Shown piece after piece: positions 10,716-22,985 of a stretch of 64,000 nt of DNA (positions within the stretch are counted from its first letter, which is position 1; every line of letters begins with the position of its first letter). The stretch is from Macrostomum lignano (taxonomy: Eukaryota). The position numbers and the translations under genes are program-made. The stretch covers positions 1-64,000 of the forward strand of contig NIVC01001862.1 of assembly GCA_002269645.1 (NCBI GenBank). The letters are read 5' to 3'. A model generated the notes under the pieces. It worked only from the letters and a program-made list of their open reading frames with translations, did not search any database and had not been told where the DNA came from.

Positions 10716-12895
10716 GCAAGTGTTTGCCTTGGAACTTGGAAAACCATGAGTCAAATATGGACGGTGGAAAGTACGAATAAAGGAATTTAAGTATACTTCA
10801 AATGCAAGTGCAGCTGTATAATGCAGTAGGCTATGCTGTCTGTTTTATTTGGCCCTATGAATAATTTACAGGATTCAAAATCTGATTATTGTTTGTTTTA
10901 TTTTGTGACTATAAAGGTGTACTTGTACTTGCACAAGCTAAGTAGAAGCATCTAGTTTTTTTAAAATCTATAGAATACGATTTAATATTCCTCGCTGCAG
11001 CCTAAAAAGCAAGAATAATGCAAAGAAACAATAGCATACATTTATGTTTAGAGAAAACATGGCGATGATAAGTAGCTTTACAACAGTGTATATTAGATTT
11101 CTACAATAAACATTAAGCAGCATTCATTATTTTATATATGTACTCTTAACGATAATAAAATACTTGCTCCAATATTGCGCTCGGCATTAAAAAATTGCAC
11201 ATATCGATAAATAAACGCAGTTTCGAAACGTCAAGTCGCTGCAATCTACAACTTTTTGCAACGCAACAGATCATGCGTTATTGACAGGAATACTATAGTT
11301 GCTTGATTTTCTTTGTACTTTGAATTCGATAAAAACGCGAAATAAAATATACGATAAACGGTAGTCACAAAAATTAAAAACGGATAACGAAGTTTAACTA
11401 CTTTTTTACGCTTAAGTTAAACTCTACTAAACCCCTCAGCTTTCGTTTTTTCCTAACCAGAACCCCATTCAGGAGCTGACGCCTGTAGAAGATATGTATA
11501 TAAGATAGTAGATTTATACTAAGAATACTTTCTATTACACACTAGGCTGTTTATTTCAGTAAACCAGTCAACCCATATCCGACAGGCCACTTAATTGCTG
11601 TTGGTCAGCTTCAGTGAGTGAGTGGGGTTTGGTGATGGTTATCGTTTATTGATTTTTCTGGCTGGCCAGACAGCCACACCCTATCCTTACCCCCCCCCGC
11701 TAGCCCCAACTTGATTAGCCAACCAGAGCGACTTGGTGGGGTTGGGTGAGGTTTATCGATTTTTCAGACTGGCCGCACAACCCCACTCCAATTGTCCTAC
11801 CACCCAGCCAGTAGGCCCTAGCCCATAAAACTAAGACTAGCCGACTTGTTTAACTCACATTGTTAAGCTGTGCGCTAACGTATTAACTAAGCCAGCTAAC
11901 CAAAAACCTAGTAAGCAAAGTAAAGTACTGTACTGGTCATTGTGGTCAATTATTATTAGTAAAATACAAAGCGATTCTTCGGTAGCTGTTACAACTAGCA
12001 GATTTATTCTTCGCAGTCTTAAATCGTGTGTTTACAGATCACGGTGATGGTTCTCAAATCTCAACTCAACCATGTTGCATTCCAAATCCACATACGTGAA
12101 AACAAGTGTGTAAAGCTATGTTTTAAAAAAGCTGCAAAATGCTTCAAATAAAAATGAAAAAGTTCAAAGCTACATCAACTAACAAATATGGACTTCGTGT
12201 TTGTGGACAACAATAGAAACTTGGTCTACGAAAAACGAACTATTTTAAACTGCACTTCATCGCATTACAACAAAAGAGAAAGAAAACGCAGAAAAATGAT
12301 GCAGGAAAAGGTATATATAGCTGAAATTACAACAGTTTAATTACACCTAGCTATGCAGAATGTTGAAAAAGTGAGAAAAAGACAATCCATATAAAGCTCT
12401 ATTGCAGGCAAAAAGCTGATATTGCAAGTAACGTTGCGCTCACCGAAAATCCAGACGCTAAACAAAGTTTTTCACTGTATGAATTTATTTCATTGAAATA
12501 TGCACTGTACAATACAAAAAATTGAATTAAATTTATTGAGATTCTGTGATAAAATTTGAAGGGAAAACGAACGATGATTTTTGAATCGGACTCGAGAATA
12601 AATAAAGCAGATCAACAACGTTAATTTAATGTATTGCTTCGGCTCTAAGAGTCGCAAATCGCGCATTAAATGAGTTTTCTGCTGCATAAAAAGCTTAAGA
12701 TTTATAAATAACATACAATTATACACGTCAGAGTTGTAAACTATGCGCTATCTATGAACAAGAAACGCAATAGTATAGTATATTGCGGTTATACACTAAT
12801 GCGCGTGTACAAACACAACACATTTCCCGGCATAATTAATCGACAAAGCTAACCAAAAAGAAATATATCGGAGCATTTTTTATCTAGAAAACCCA

Positions 12896-13670
12896 TTTTA
12901 TCTGCCTCTCCGCTCCCTCAGTCCCTGATCTCTGCCTCTCCGCTCCCTCAGTCCCTGATCTCTGCCTCTCCGCTCCCTCAGTCCCTGATCTCTGCCTCTC
13001 CGCTCCCTCAGTCCCTGATCTCTGCCTCTCCGCTCCCTCAGTCCCTGATCTCTGCCTCTCCGCTCCCTCAGTCCCTGATCTCTGCCTCTCCGCTCCCTCA
13101 GTCCCTGATCTCTGCCTCTCCGCTCCCTCAGTCCCTGATCTCTGCCTCTCCGCTCCCTCAGTCCCTGATCTCTGCCTCTCCGTTCCCTCAGTCCCTGATC
13201 TCTGCCTCTCCGCTCCCTCAGTCCCTGATCTCTGCCTCTCCGCTCCCTCAGTCCCTGATCTCTGCCTCTCCGCTCCCTCAGTCCCTGATCTCTGCCTCTC
13301 CGCTCCCTCAGTCCCTGATCTCTGCCTCTCCGTTCCCCCAGTCCCTGATCTCCGCCTCTCCGTTCCACCAGTCCCTGATCTCTGCCTCTCCGCTCCCCCA
13401 GTCCCTGATCTCCGCCTCTCCGTTCCCCCAGTCCCTGATCTCCGCCTCTCCGTTCCACCAGTCCCTGAATCCATCTCTCCACTCCCTCAGTTCCTGGTCT
13501 CCGCCTCTCCGTTCCACCAGTCCCTGAATCTATCTCTCCGCTCCCTCAGTCCCTGATCTCTGCCTCTCCGCTCCCTCAGTCCCTGATCTCTGCCTCTCCG
13601 CTCCCTCAGTCCCTGATCTCTGCTCTCCGCTCCCCCAGTCCCTGATCTCTGCCTCTCCGCTCTATCAGTC
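12896..13670 (+). repeat. Minisatellite array A, 30-bp unit tctgcctctccgctccctcagtccctgatc (family shared with arrays at 26.1-27.7 kb and 59.4-61.7 kb)
   Basis: Near-perfect 30-bp periodicity 12901-13320, more diverged copies to ~13670. Confidence 0.95.
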
Positions 13671-13771
13671 CTTGAACCTACCTCTTTTTGAATAAAATTA
13701 AAGAACCGTAAAGTTTTTACAATCAGAATAATATTAACAAAAAGCCGACACGAGTTCAAACCACAGGTGGT

Positions 13772-14578
13772 TCAAACAGACATAACTTGCCCATCAACTT
13801 CGCTAATATCGTCGCACGACTCCAATGAATGAGACACAAACGCTTCTGGTCCTTCAACGGTCACCGATGCACCGCCAACAGCTGCTGAATAGCTAGGAGG
13901 TGGAGACGGAGACAGCGGAGGTGGCGGCATATTGTGTCCCAAACTCTCATACGATGGACAGGCAAGAATGTATGGTCGAGTTGGGGACGACCGATGGTAA
14001 TGCTGCACCTGCAGCAAGCAGTGACGCAGCTGATGCCGATGAAATGACGGCTGCTCGACGCCGAAAATAAACGCCGAACAGATTCGACAATTGGAAAAGT
14101 GATCGGCTGCACAGCTGCTACCAGCTCCGCCGCCGTTTCGTCCCGAACTGCCGTCGCTATCAAGTAGCAGCGGCAGACAGGACACCAAACTTTCACCGCA
14201 CGGCGCTCTCCAGTACACAACGTGCTGCTGATTAGACTCGCGCACCTGATGCTGGCCGTGACTACAGTTTCTATAACGACTATGCCGTCGGTCATTAGTA
14301 CGAGGATGCCTACGAGGCAGGCAGCCAAACAGATCCGCGGAGCTTTCAACAATAGTCGCCGCGTTATCATTGCTAATAATATTGCTATTATTAGTAGTAA
14401 CAGGCGAATCTAAACAGCAGAACAAACCGGTAGCGTGTCGCCTCATGCAGCCAACTAGGCAGAACACTAAACAGATAACTAAGCAAGCGAATACGCCTAA
14501 AATTATTACTAAGGTAAGCGTTAATAGAGCTCCGTAAATTGGTACGTCGACTGAAGTTGCCGATGACGATGACGACAT
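13772..14578 (-). CDS. Orphan single-pass membrane protein with Cys/His-rich cytoplasmic region and PPxY motif, 268 aa
   Basis: ATG-initiated ORF with coding-like GC. Hydrophobic segment YGALLTLTLVIILGVFACLVICLVFCLVGC followed by basic MRRH; PPPPLSPSPPPSY near the C-terminus. A splice-acceptor-like attaatccgcAG sits ~10 nt upstream of the ATG. Confidence 0.65.
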   Translation of the reverse strand: MSSSSSATSVDVPIYGALLTLTLVIILGVFACLVICLVFCLVGCMRRHATGLFCCLDSPVTTNNSNIISNDNAATIVESSADLFGCLPRRHPRTNDRRHSRYRNCSHGQHQVRESNQQHVVYWRAPCGESLVSCLPLLLDSDGSSGRNGGGAGSSCAADHFSNCRICSAFIFGVEQPSFHRHQLRHCLLQVQHYHRSSPTRPYILACPSYESLGHNMPPPPLSPSPPPSYSAAVGGASVTVEGPEAFVSHSLESCDDISEVDGQVMSV

Positions 14579-15942
14579 TGTTTTTCTCTGCGGATTAATG
14601 TTAATTATGGGTGTGTTTGGTTTTCTTGTTTTTGTTTACTTGATTGATCAATTAGAATAATGAGTCAATCATTTATGTAAGAACCTTTTAACAAAGTAAT
14701 GATGTTGTTCGGTTCTATGAGAAGTGCGATTGGGTCTACGTATTCTGTGAAATTGGGTCTATTTAATGTACTATTTGGTGAATTGGGTCTGTGGGATTGG
14801 CTTGATGCAATGTGCAATATAATGGAGTTGTATTGAATGCTTGGCGATTTAACTATACATTTTACTAACCTTACTTTGAGCGAATCTAATACAAATTATC
14901 ACAATAAACGATGTTTTAACGTAAACAGCTGAATTTTTATCGCTCATCGCAAAACCAGTTTTTCCATTTATTTGTGAAAACAAATTTATAACAGATAGGT
15001 GTTCACATCGATGTACTTACGTCAAGTTAATACTATATAATACGAAAAAAGTGTTAAAATTGCATTGAATAAAAGGACATACTTATATACCATTCATTAT
15101 ACCTGCATACATAAATCACTTAAAATACGAAATATCTTGCACAGAAAAAAAGAAAATATGGAATGTTTGAATTTTAACTGGAATGCTTTCGAATGTAGAT
15201 AAATATTGTAACAAAAGCCTTGTAAGATTCCGAATAAATATTGCACATATAAGTGTATGTCTGCTAAATGTACCAGGACGAATGAAAGCTTAAAAAATAA
15301 AGATTGCGTGCGGGACAAAAAGACTGAAACTGAAAACCATTAGATTCAATATATTAAAAACGGATCAATAAATTGTACAAAAATTTGAGAACAAATAATT
15401 CAGTTGAATAGAAACTCAAATTGTACAATTCAGAAACACAGGCTACATTGCAAATTTTATACATGTAATAATCGATAATTGTTATAAAGACTTATAATAA
15501 AGTGGCTTTTGTGGACAACAATTTTTAATACATCAATAAAGTAAAATATTTTTAAACCTTTTTCTACACAAATATTTAAACGGAGGAAAAACATAATTTG
15601 TCAGAATCGAACTTTATATAAAACACCAACGTCTTTCGAACTATTTTGCTTATGAATTTTAAATCTATAATAAAAATATGCCTAGAACTATTGTTGTGTC
15701 AGTCTGCAGGTTGATAATTGAGCCGATCAAATGGTAAAATCCCATTCTTGTTCTCTTTAACCAAAGAGATTCTTGACTTGACTTGCAGTCTGTGGGAGAC
15801 TGGCAGCTTGGAATGGCGAGATGCCCGATTAATTGAGTTTTTATCAGCTCGATAGGCTGTATTGTCTATGGCCGCAGCTGCAGCTGAGGATTGTCCACTT
15901 GTTCGGCCTAATGGCATCAACTTGACTTCCAAAAGCAATAAC

Positions 15943-16544
15943 TATACTGTCCGTCAAAAGCTCCGGAACCCCCGCCACGATGCCTTCCAGCGGACATAAT
16001 TTCAGTCCGTTTCAATTGTAACTTGATTCAAATGAAAGCTGCGGATCTCAGCTCCATGATGTGGTCAAGAAAAAGTTCATTCGAAGGAGCGCGTGTGAAC
16101 AGGCCAGTGCCATGTACATAAAGGTTAGAGAAAAAAAGTGAGGAAAAGACAAACAAGCAATTGTTTTTTACTCTCCCATGAAAGCTGACTGCACAAGAAT
16201 CCATAAGAGCCTGTTGATTTCAACACAAGTTTTGGCCATAGACTAATGTTAGCCAGGCTGAACACTGCGCGCAAACCGATTCCTTCCCATGTGTGTTTGC
16301 TCCATAGACTCAGCAACCATAGACAATTGCTTGTTTGTCTTTTCCTCACTTTTTTTCTCTAACCTTTATGTACATAACACTGGCCTGTTCACACGCGCTC
16401 CTTCGAATAAACTTTTTCTTGACCACATCATGGAGCTGAGATCCGCAGCTTTCATCCGAATCAAGCTACAATTGAAACGGACTGAAATTATGTCCGCTAG
16501 AAGACATCGCAGCAAGGGCTCCGGAACTTTTGACGGACAGTATA
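15943..16544. mobile_element. Non-autonomous Tc1/mariner-type element (MITE/foldback), ~600 bp, ~222-bp terminal inverted repeats
   Basis: Left arm 15943..16164 (tatactgtccgtcaaaag...gacaaacaagcaattgt) is the reverse complement, with scattered mismatches, of right arm 16323..16544 (acaattgcttgtttgtc...cttttgacggacagtata). Both ends are TA-flanked (TATA), the Tc1/mariner target duplication. The ~158-bp spacer has no transposase. Confidence 0.8.
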
Positions 16545-17283
16545 CAAAAACTGTTCAAAAAGTTTACCCTGCAATTTGATCCAAGGCATAAAAAAGAATA
16601 AAACACAGAATCTGTCGCTTGTGACGAATGAGACTTTAGTCAAACAAAACAATATCGACTCCATATTCTCCACATACAAACCAGAACGAGCGATGTTATA
16701 AAAAGCATGACCCATAGTCCATAGATTATTACGTATTGGAGAATCCAAATGAGACGCAGTCTATCAACACGAGAACGAGGCTCTCAGCCTGTTTTTCTGT
16801 TCCAATCTGGTGCATTTAAACATCTGACCGTCAACGACTAATCAACGCAGTCAATAACGGATCATCCACTTCATTCTAGCTACTGCTCAAATTCTTAAAA
16901 ATCAAGAGATCATCCGCTTATATACGAGTTGCAGCATCGTTGCGGAGCTCCAAATAGGTCGATTACTTTTTTTTAGTCTTATATCGTCTGTTTATAGTTT
17001 ATAGTAATTGGTTTAAATATGGGCGTAGTATATGGTCACGTTTATCTTAACACCGCTCGTGCTGGTTTTGTATCAGGAGCATATGGAGTCTTGTTTTTTG
17101 TTTGACTAAAGTCCCATTGAGATCGTCAAAAAGCGATACTGTTTGAGTGATTTTTGTACGATTTAGAATACGTGTATGTTTTTTTCTATGACAATTTAAT
17201 CTGCGTTAAATCCTCACTCTATGCTAAGCTATAGATAGGCCTCATAAAATAAGTTGTGAATACTCGACTTAAATCAATAAATC

Positions 17284-19880
17284 CTACACATTCCGATCGG
17301 TATTATCAGTATCACGCGTTGCAGTTTCTTCCATTTTCTCGACTTCATTAACTGACAGCTCGGGATCATGAGCAGTTGAACAATTGCTGTTGCTAACAAC
17401 AACAGCATTATCGTCATTAGTAGCCACAGTAGTAGCAGCAGCGGCCATAGCTTGCTCTTTAATTTGAGCAATAGCCATCTCATATTCTGGCGGCAATTCC
17501 TGGCAGCAATGCTGCTGTCGGTCATCAATAATGCCGCTAGTTGATGCTGATTGACAGCCAGTTGCTGGAACAGTCTGAGCTGTCGCTTCTGTCACTACGC
17601 ACTCATGATAGCCCGGAGGTGGTTCCGCTTGATAAGCATGATTGAATTGGCCAGCAGTTGCATGCGCGTGGACAGACGGATAGTAGGGCGGAGTAGAGAT
17701 CCTGCAGTTTTTGTTGGTTCGGCATACTTGCTGAGTATCTTACTTATCTCCGTATCTATATTATCACCTCCGTTACTCGTATTCTCCCATCTCTTGCGCC
17801 TTCCTTCATTCTCTTGCGATTTTTACATCTAATCTCCCTTCCTCATTGTCTCAGTCATGATCTCCTTGTCTCCCTCATTATCTCAGTCATGATATCAGTG
17901 TCTCCCTCATTATCTCAGTCATGATATCAGTGTCTCCCTCATTATCTCAGTCATGATATCAGTCTCTCCCTCATTATCGCAGTCATGATCTCCGCGTCTC
18001 CCTCATTATCTCAGTCATGAATCATGATATCCGTCTCTCCATCATTATCTCAGTCATTATCTGCATGTCTTCCTCATTATCTCAGTTATGATCTGCATGT
18101 CTACCTAATTATCTCAGTTATGATATCAGCGTCTCCCTCATTATCTCAGAGATTAGAGAGTAATGATACAATACAATAATGACCACACCCAATAGACTTT
18201 TAATTTAGGAAGAGTAAAATAATATCCAAAAGGGGGGTAAGAGAGCAGCTAAGCCATAAACCATAAGCGCACGAAAATCGGTCTGGGAGGTTGTCATGCG
18301 ATTCAAAACCACGTAAGCCAATCCCTAAGACACAGATTGTACATACCTAACGATTAGAAAATTAGGGCCGCTGTACACTCTTTGTGAGCGTGTGTATGAG
18401 TGCCTGCGTACAGTATTAGCGCACTTTTTGGGTAGAGGGTGGGGGTAGAGGGAATATCATAGGGAAAATGAGGGGAAATTAAGCGACTGCAGTGTAGGCC
18501 AGGCAGTATATACAGTGTATCGTTGTGCAGTGTAACTATTTAATAGAGCAGATGTTGCAAAGAGTTTTGGCTAAAATTTCCACTCATTCCAACATTACTG
18601 ACTTTACTGTCAAACACAAGTCCGGAAACAAGAAAACCCGCAACTAAAAAGGGTTTCTATTATTGCAAGTAAAAACCTGGGCGTGGCAGACAAACAGAAA
18701 ATAGATTAAAAGGGCTGAATGGATAGAGGTACACGCAAATGAACGACAGGAGAAACAGCAGATAAAACGTTTTATTGAATCAGTAAGCCACACCCAGTTT
18801 GATCGGCCAAGCCCATCAAAGGCAGACAGCACGCTACTAGACGGACAAGCATCAATCAATAAATGCATTATAGTTCATACAGGTCTGTCAGACAATTTTC
18901 AAAGTCTATCAAAGACCAAAGAATTTTGATAGTCTTTCGGAAATCTAAACATCTGTTACAAACGCATAATTGATACAGAATAAAATGCTTGAAGCTTGAA
19001 TGCTTAAAGCCACACACGTCCTATTTATCTTTACATCATTTCGCTTTTTTCTCCCAACCTGTCTCCCTTTCTCCCTACATCCCCCTTAACCCTACACCCC
19101 TTCTTCGCTAATCTCCTATCTCCCCACAGCTAACCCTTTCAACCTATATATCCCCCTTTCTCCTTGCATCCGTCACTCTCCCTACATCACCCCTTACTCC
19201 CTACATCACCCATTACTCCCTACATCACCCCTTACTCCCTACATCACCCCTTACTCCCTACATCACCCCTTACTCCCTACATCACCCCTTACTCCCTACA
19301 TCACCCCTTACTCCTTACATCTCCCCCTTACTCCTTACATCTCCCCCATTCTCGTTACATCTCTCCCTTGCGCTAATACATTTCCTAATTTCTCCTTACA
19401 ACTCTCCCCTTTCTCCCCTCATCTCCTCCTCCCTACATCTCTACCTTTCTTCTTAAATTTCCACCTTTCCTCCTACATTTCTCTTCTCCTCACATCTCCC
19501 TATTTTCTCTACATCTTCCCTTTTGACCAATTACTTTGACTCGCATCTCACCGAGTTTCAACAGACGACCTGACTCGAGCGGCGGACGCAGCCGATTGCC
19601 GGCGCATGGATTTATATCTTAAAATCCCGATGCAAACCGTTACGCCAACGACAACGCACATGCAGGACGCTAGCGAAATAAAGATAGGCGAATAAAAGAA
19701 GCACAGTGCGCTCTGATAGGCGCAGCTGCGTTCTTCCATCCGAGACCTGATGCAGGAGTGCGAGCCCCAGCCGTAGGGCACTGATTCGCAATGACAGCGC
19801 CTGGACTCAACACCTTTGCACTCGTCTGAGCATGGGCCCCAGCTGGACCACTGGCAGTGGAATAGCTTACCATACGTCAT
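17284..19880 (-). CDS. Single-pass membrane protein: TSP1-like ectodomain, TM, cytoplasmic tail with PPxY-type motifs (~248 aa; 5' end uncertain)
   Basis: complement(join(17284..17701,19552..19880)), phase-2 intron (CG|gtgaga ... aaaactgcag|G). WSSWGPCSDECKGVESRRCHC...C...EERSC is a thrombospondin type-1-like pattern. TM FFYSPIFISLASCMCVVVGVTVCIGIL followed by RYK. Tail contains TPPYY, EPPPGY and LPPEY. No signal peptide, so an upstream exon may be missing. Confidence 0.7.
17845..18150 (+). repeat. 32-bp degenerate minisatellite (ctccctcattatctcagtcatgatatcagtgt), intronic
   Basis: About 9 copies, period 32 (e.g. 17871 and 17903). Confidence 0.85.
19060..19520 (+). repeat. C/T-rich low-complexity tract with 19-bp tandem core (ctacatcaccccttactcc), intronic
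   Basis: Period 19 from ~19180 to 19345. Confidence 0.85.
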
Positions 19881-20227
19881 TTACAGGTTAATGATTATGC
19901 CAAACTGAAGTCAGCTGAAGTGTGTTAAATAAGGCTGCTAATTAACGAAAGCTAGAAAAGTCTCCTATGATATATGAATATGATATATAAAATAGCTAAC
20001 AGAACCAGCAACCAATCAGATCAGATCACCTCACAGGAGAAAAAGAAAAAGAGAATGACGATCAAGGATACGTAGCAAAGGGGTTTGGGAGGGAGGTTAG
20101 TCACTGTTTAAATTGTTGTATAGACCTGCGCTGAGAATATTAGGACACGAAACAGTAATCAGACAGATAGGCATACGGCATACAGCCTTACAGACAGACA
20201 GACAGACACAGACACACAGACAGAGAC

Positions 20228-20770
20228 ATACCCTGCGAGAGACATACACTGCGAGAGACATACACTGCGAGAGACATACACTGCGAGAGACATACACTGC
20301 GAGAGACATACCCTGCGAGAGACATACACTGCGAGAGACATACACTGCGAGAGACATACCCTGCGAGAGACATACACTGCGAGAGACATACACTGCGAGA
20401 GACATACACTGCGAGAGACATACACTGCGAGAGACATACACTGCGAGAGACATACACTGGGAGACACATACCTGCGAGAGACATACACTGCGAGACACAT
20501 ACCTGCGAGAGACATACACTGCGAGAGACATACACTGCGAGAGACATACACTGCGAGAGACATACACTGCGAGAGACAGACACTAAGAGAGACATACACT
20601 GCGTGAGACAGACACTAAGAGAGACATACACTAAGAGAGACATACACTAAGAGAGACATACACTAAGAGAGACATACACTTAGAGAGACATACACTAAGA
20701 TAGACATACACTAAGAGAGACATACACTAAGAGAGACAGACACTAGGGACATACACTAAGGGACATACAC
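20228..20770 (+). repeat. 16-bp minisatellite (gagagacatacactgc / gagagacatacactaa)
   Basis: Direct visual periodicity; the variant switches near 20580. Confidence 0.9.
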
Positions 20771-20774
20771 TAAG

Positions 20775-21131
<357 letters not shown>

Positions 21132-21949
21132 AAAAAGTTGCTGCCTAATATGAAAAGAAAGAATGAACGCATGCGTGCGCAAAACCGTCTCAATAAATCA
21201 GGCGCAAATTAAATATGCACTTCAGAACAATTCATAGTCTAATGAGCATCAGAATTCAAGAAAATTATTTTGACTTTTAATGTAGCCAGCAAAGCAAAAT
21301 AGTTAAAGAAAAACACACGAGGCGTATCGCTTATACCCGATATATACAATCCGATTATTGATAGGTTCAACAGGAGGAGAACAAACTAAAGTACTGAAGT
21401 AGACAACAGTTCCAATTTCAATTGTCACTTGGTCTATTAAAACGACATTCAGCCCAATAGCTGTTGAAAGCTGTCGCATTCCACTTTACAATAAAAAATT
21501 CTCTAAAGTAGAACTTGAAAAATGCATCAATTTTAGCAAAATGAGAAGGCAACAAAGGAAACAAAGGGGAGCAGACAAGAATGGAAAGCAAGGTTATCAG
21601 TTCATAAGAGCAAACGCTATTTAAAATGTTCTATAATGAAACATGCGCGCCATACAGACTACTATTGCTAAGAAGATAAGTAGTCACTGCTGATGGGTAA
21701 GCAATCTACCAATGACAATAAAACAAAAATATGTTTAATTGCAAATAAAATACTTATTTATTTGTGTAAGAGATCGCAGACAGGAAAGTGAACAGCAATA
21801 TTGATTAGAAATCTTGCGGGAAAGCTGCTTTCTTAATACCACTGTGAAATACATTGTGCTATGCTGATAGTGGGAGGAGAAAATGGAGGATAGGTGAGGG
21901 GAAATGGGACTCGAGAGGGTGAATGAGGGTGGTAAATTGAGGATAGGGG

Positions 21950-22770
21950 ATGGTAAATGGGGGTTGGTAAATAGGAGAGGGTAAATAGGGGATGGTAAAT
22001 AGGAGAGGGTAAATAGGAGAGGGTAAACAGGAGAGGGTAAATAGGGGATGGTAAATAGGAGAGGGTAAATAGGAGAGGGTAAACAGGCGAGGGTAAATAG
22101 GGGATGGTAAATAGGAGAGGGTAAATAGGAGAGAGTAAATAGGAGAGGGTAAATAGGGGATGGTAAATAGGAGAGGGTAAATAGGAGAGGGTAAACAGGC
22201 GAGGGTAAATAGGGGATGGTAAATAGGAGAGGGTAAATAGGAGAGGGTAAATAGGAGAGGGTAAATAGGGGATGGTAAATAGGGGATGGTAAATAGGAGA
22301 GGGTAAATAGGAGAGGGTAAACAGGAGAGGGTAAATAGGGGATGGTAAATAGGAGAGGGTAAATAGGAGAGGGTAAATAGGAGAGAGTAAATAGGAGAGG
22401 GTAAATAGGGGATGGTAAATAGGAGAGGGTAAATAGGAGAGGGTAAATAGAAGAGGGTAAATAGAAGAGGGTAAATAGGAGAGAGTAAATAGGAGAGGGT
22501 AAATAGGAGAGGGTAAATAGGAAAGGGTAAATAGGAGAGGGTAAATAGGGGATGGTAAATAGGAGAGAGTAAATAGGAGAGGGTAAATAGAAGAGGGTAA
22601 ATAGGAGAGAGTAAATAGGAGAGGGTAAATAGGAGAGGGTAAATAGGAAAGGGTAAATAGGAGAGGGTAAATAGGGGATGGTAAATAGGAGAGAGTAAAT
22701 AGGAGAGGGTAAATAGGAGAGGGTAAATAGGAGAGGGTAAATTGGAGAGGGTAAATAGGGGATGGTAAAC
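21950..22770 (+). repeat. 14-bp purine-rich minisatellite (gggtaaataggaga)
   Basis: Dozens of copies, with variants gggtaaataggggatggtaaatagg. Confidence 0.95.
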
Positions 22771-22985
22771 AGGTAAACAAGGGAATGGGGGAGAGAAATT
22801 AGTATGGGGAGAAATAGCATCGGCGATAGAACTTGGGGGAAAGCCCACGAGGAATTTTGTACTTTTATTTCAGCAGCATAAAAAGCAAAAATGGCATGAT
22901 AAAATCACACACGCTACCTATTACTAACAGTAGGCAATATTATAGACACTAACAAAATCTCTGAAAAATCACCCCCTACCCTTTA

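Noticed and set aside
12884-13759. Long repetitive ORFs (RSGTEGAERQ, RGRDQGLRER) on the minus strand
   Set aside because: Translations of the 30-bp minisatellite; no unique coding context or splice support.
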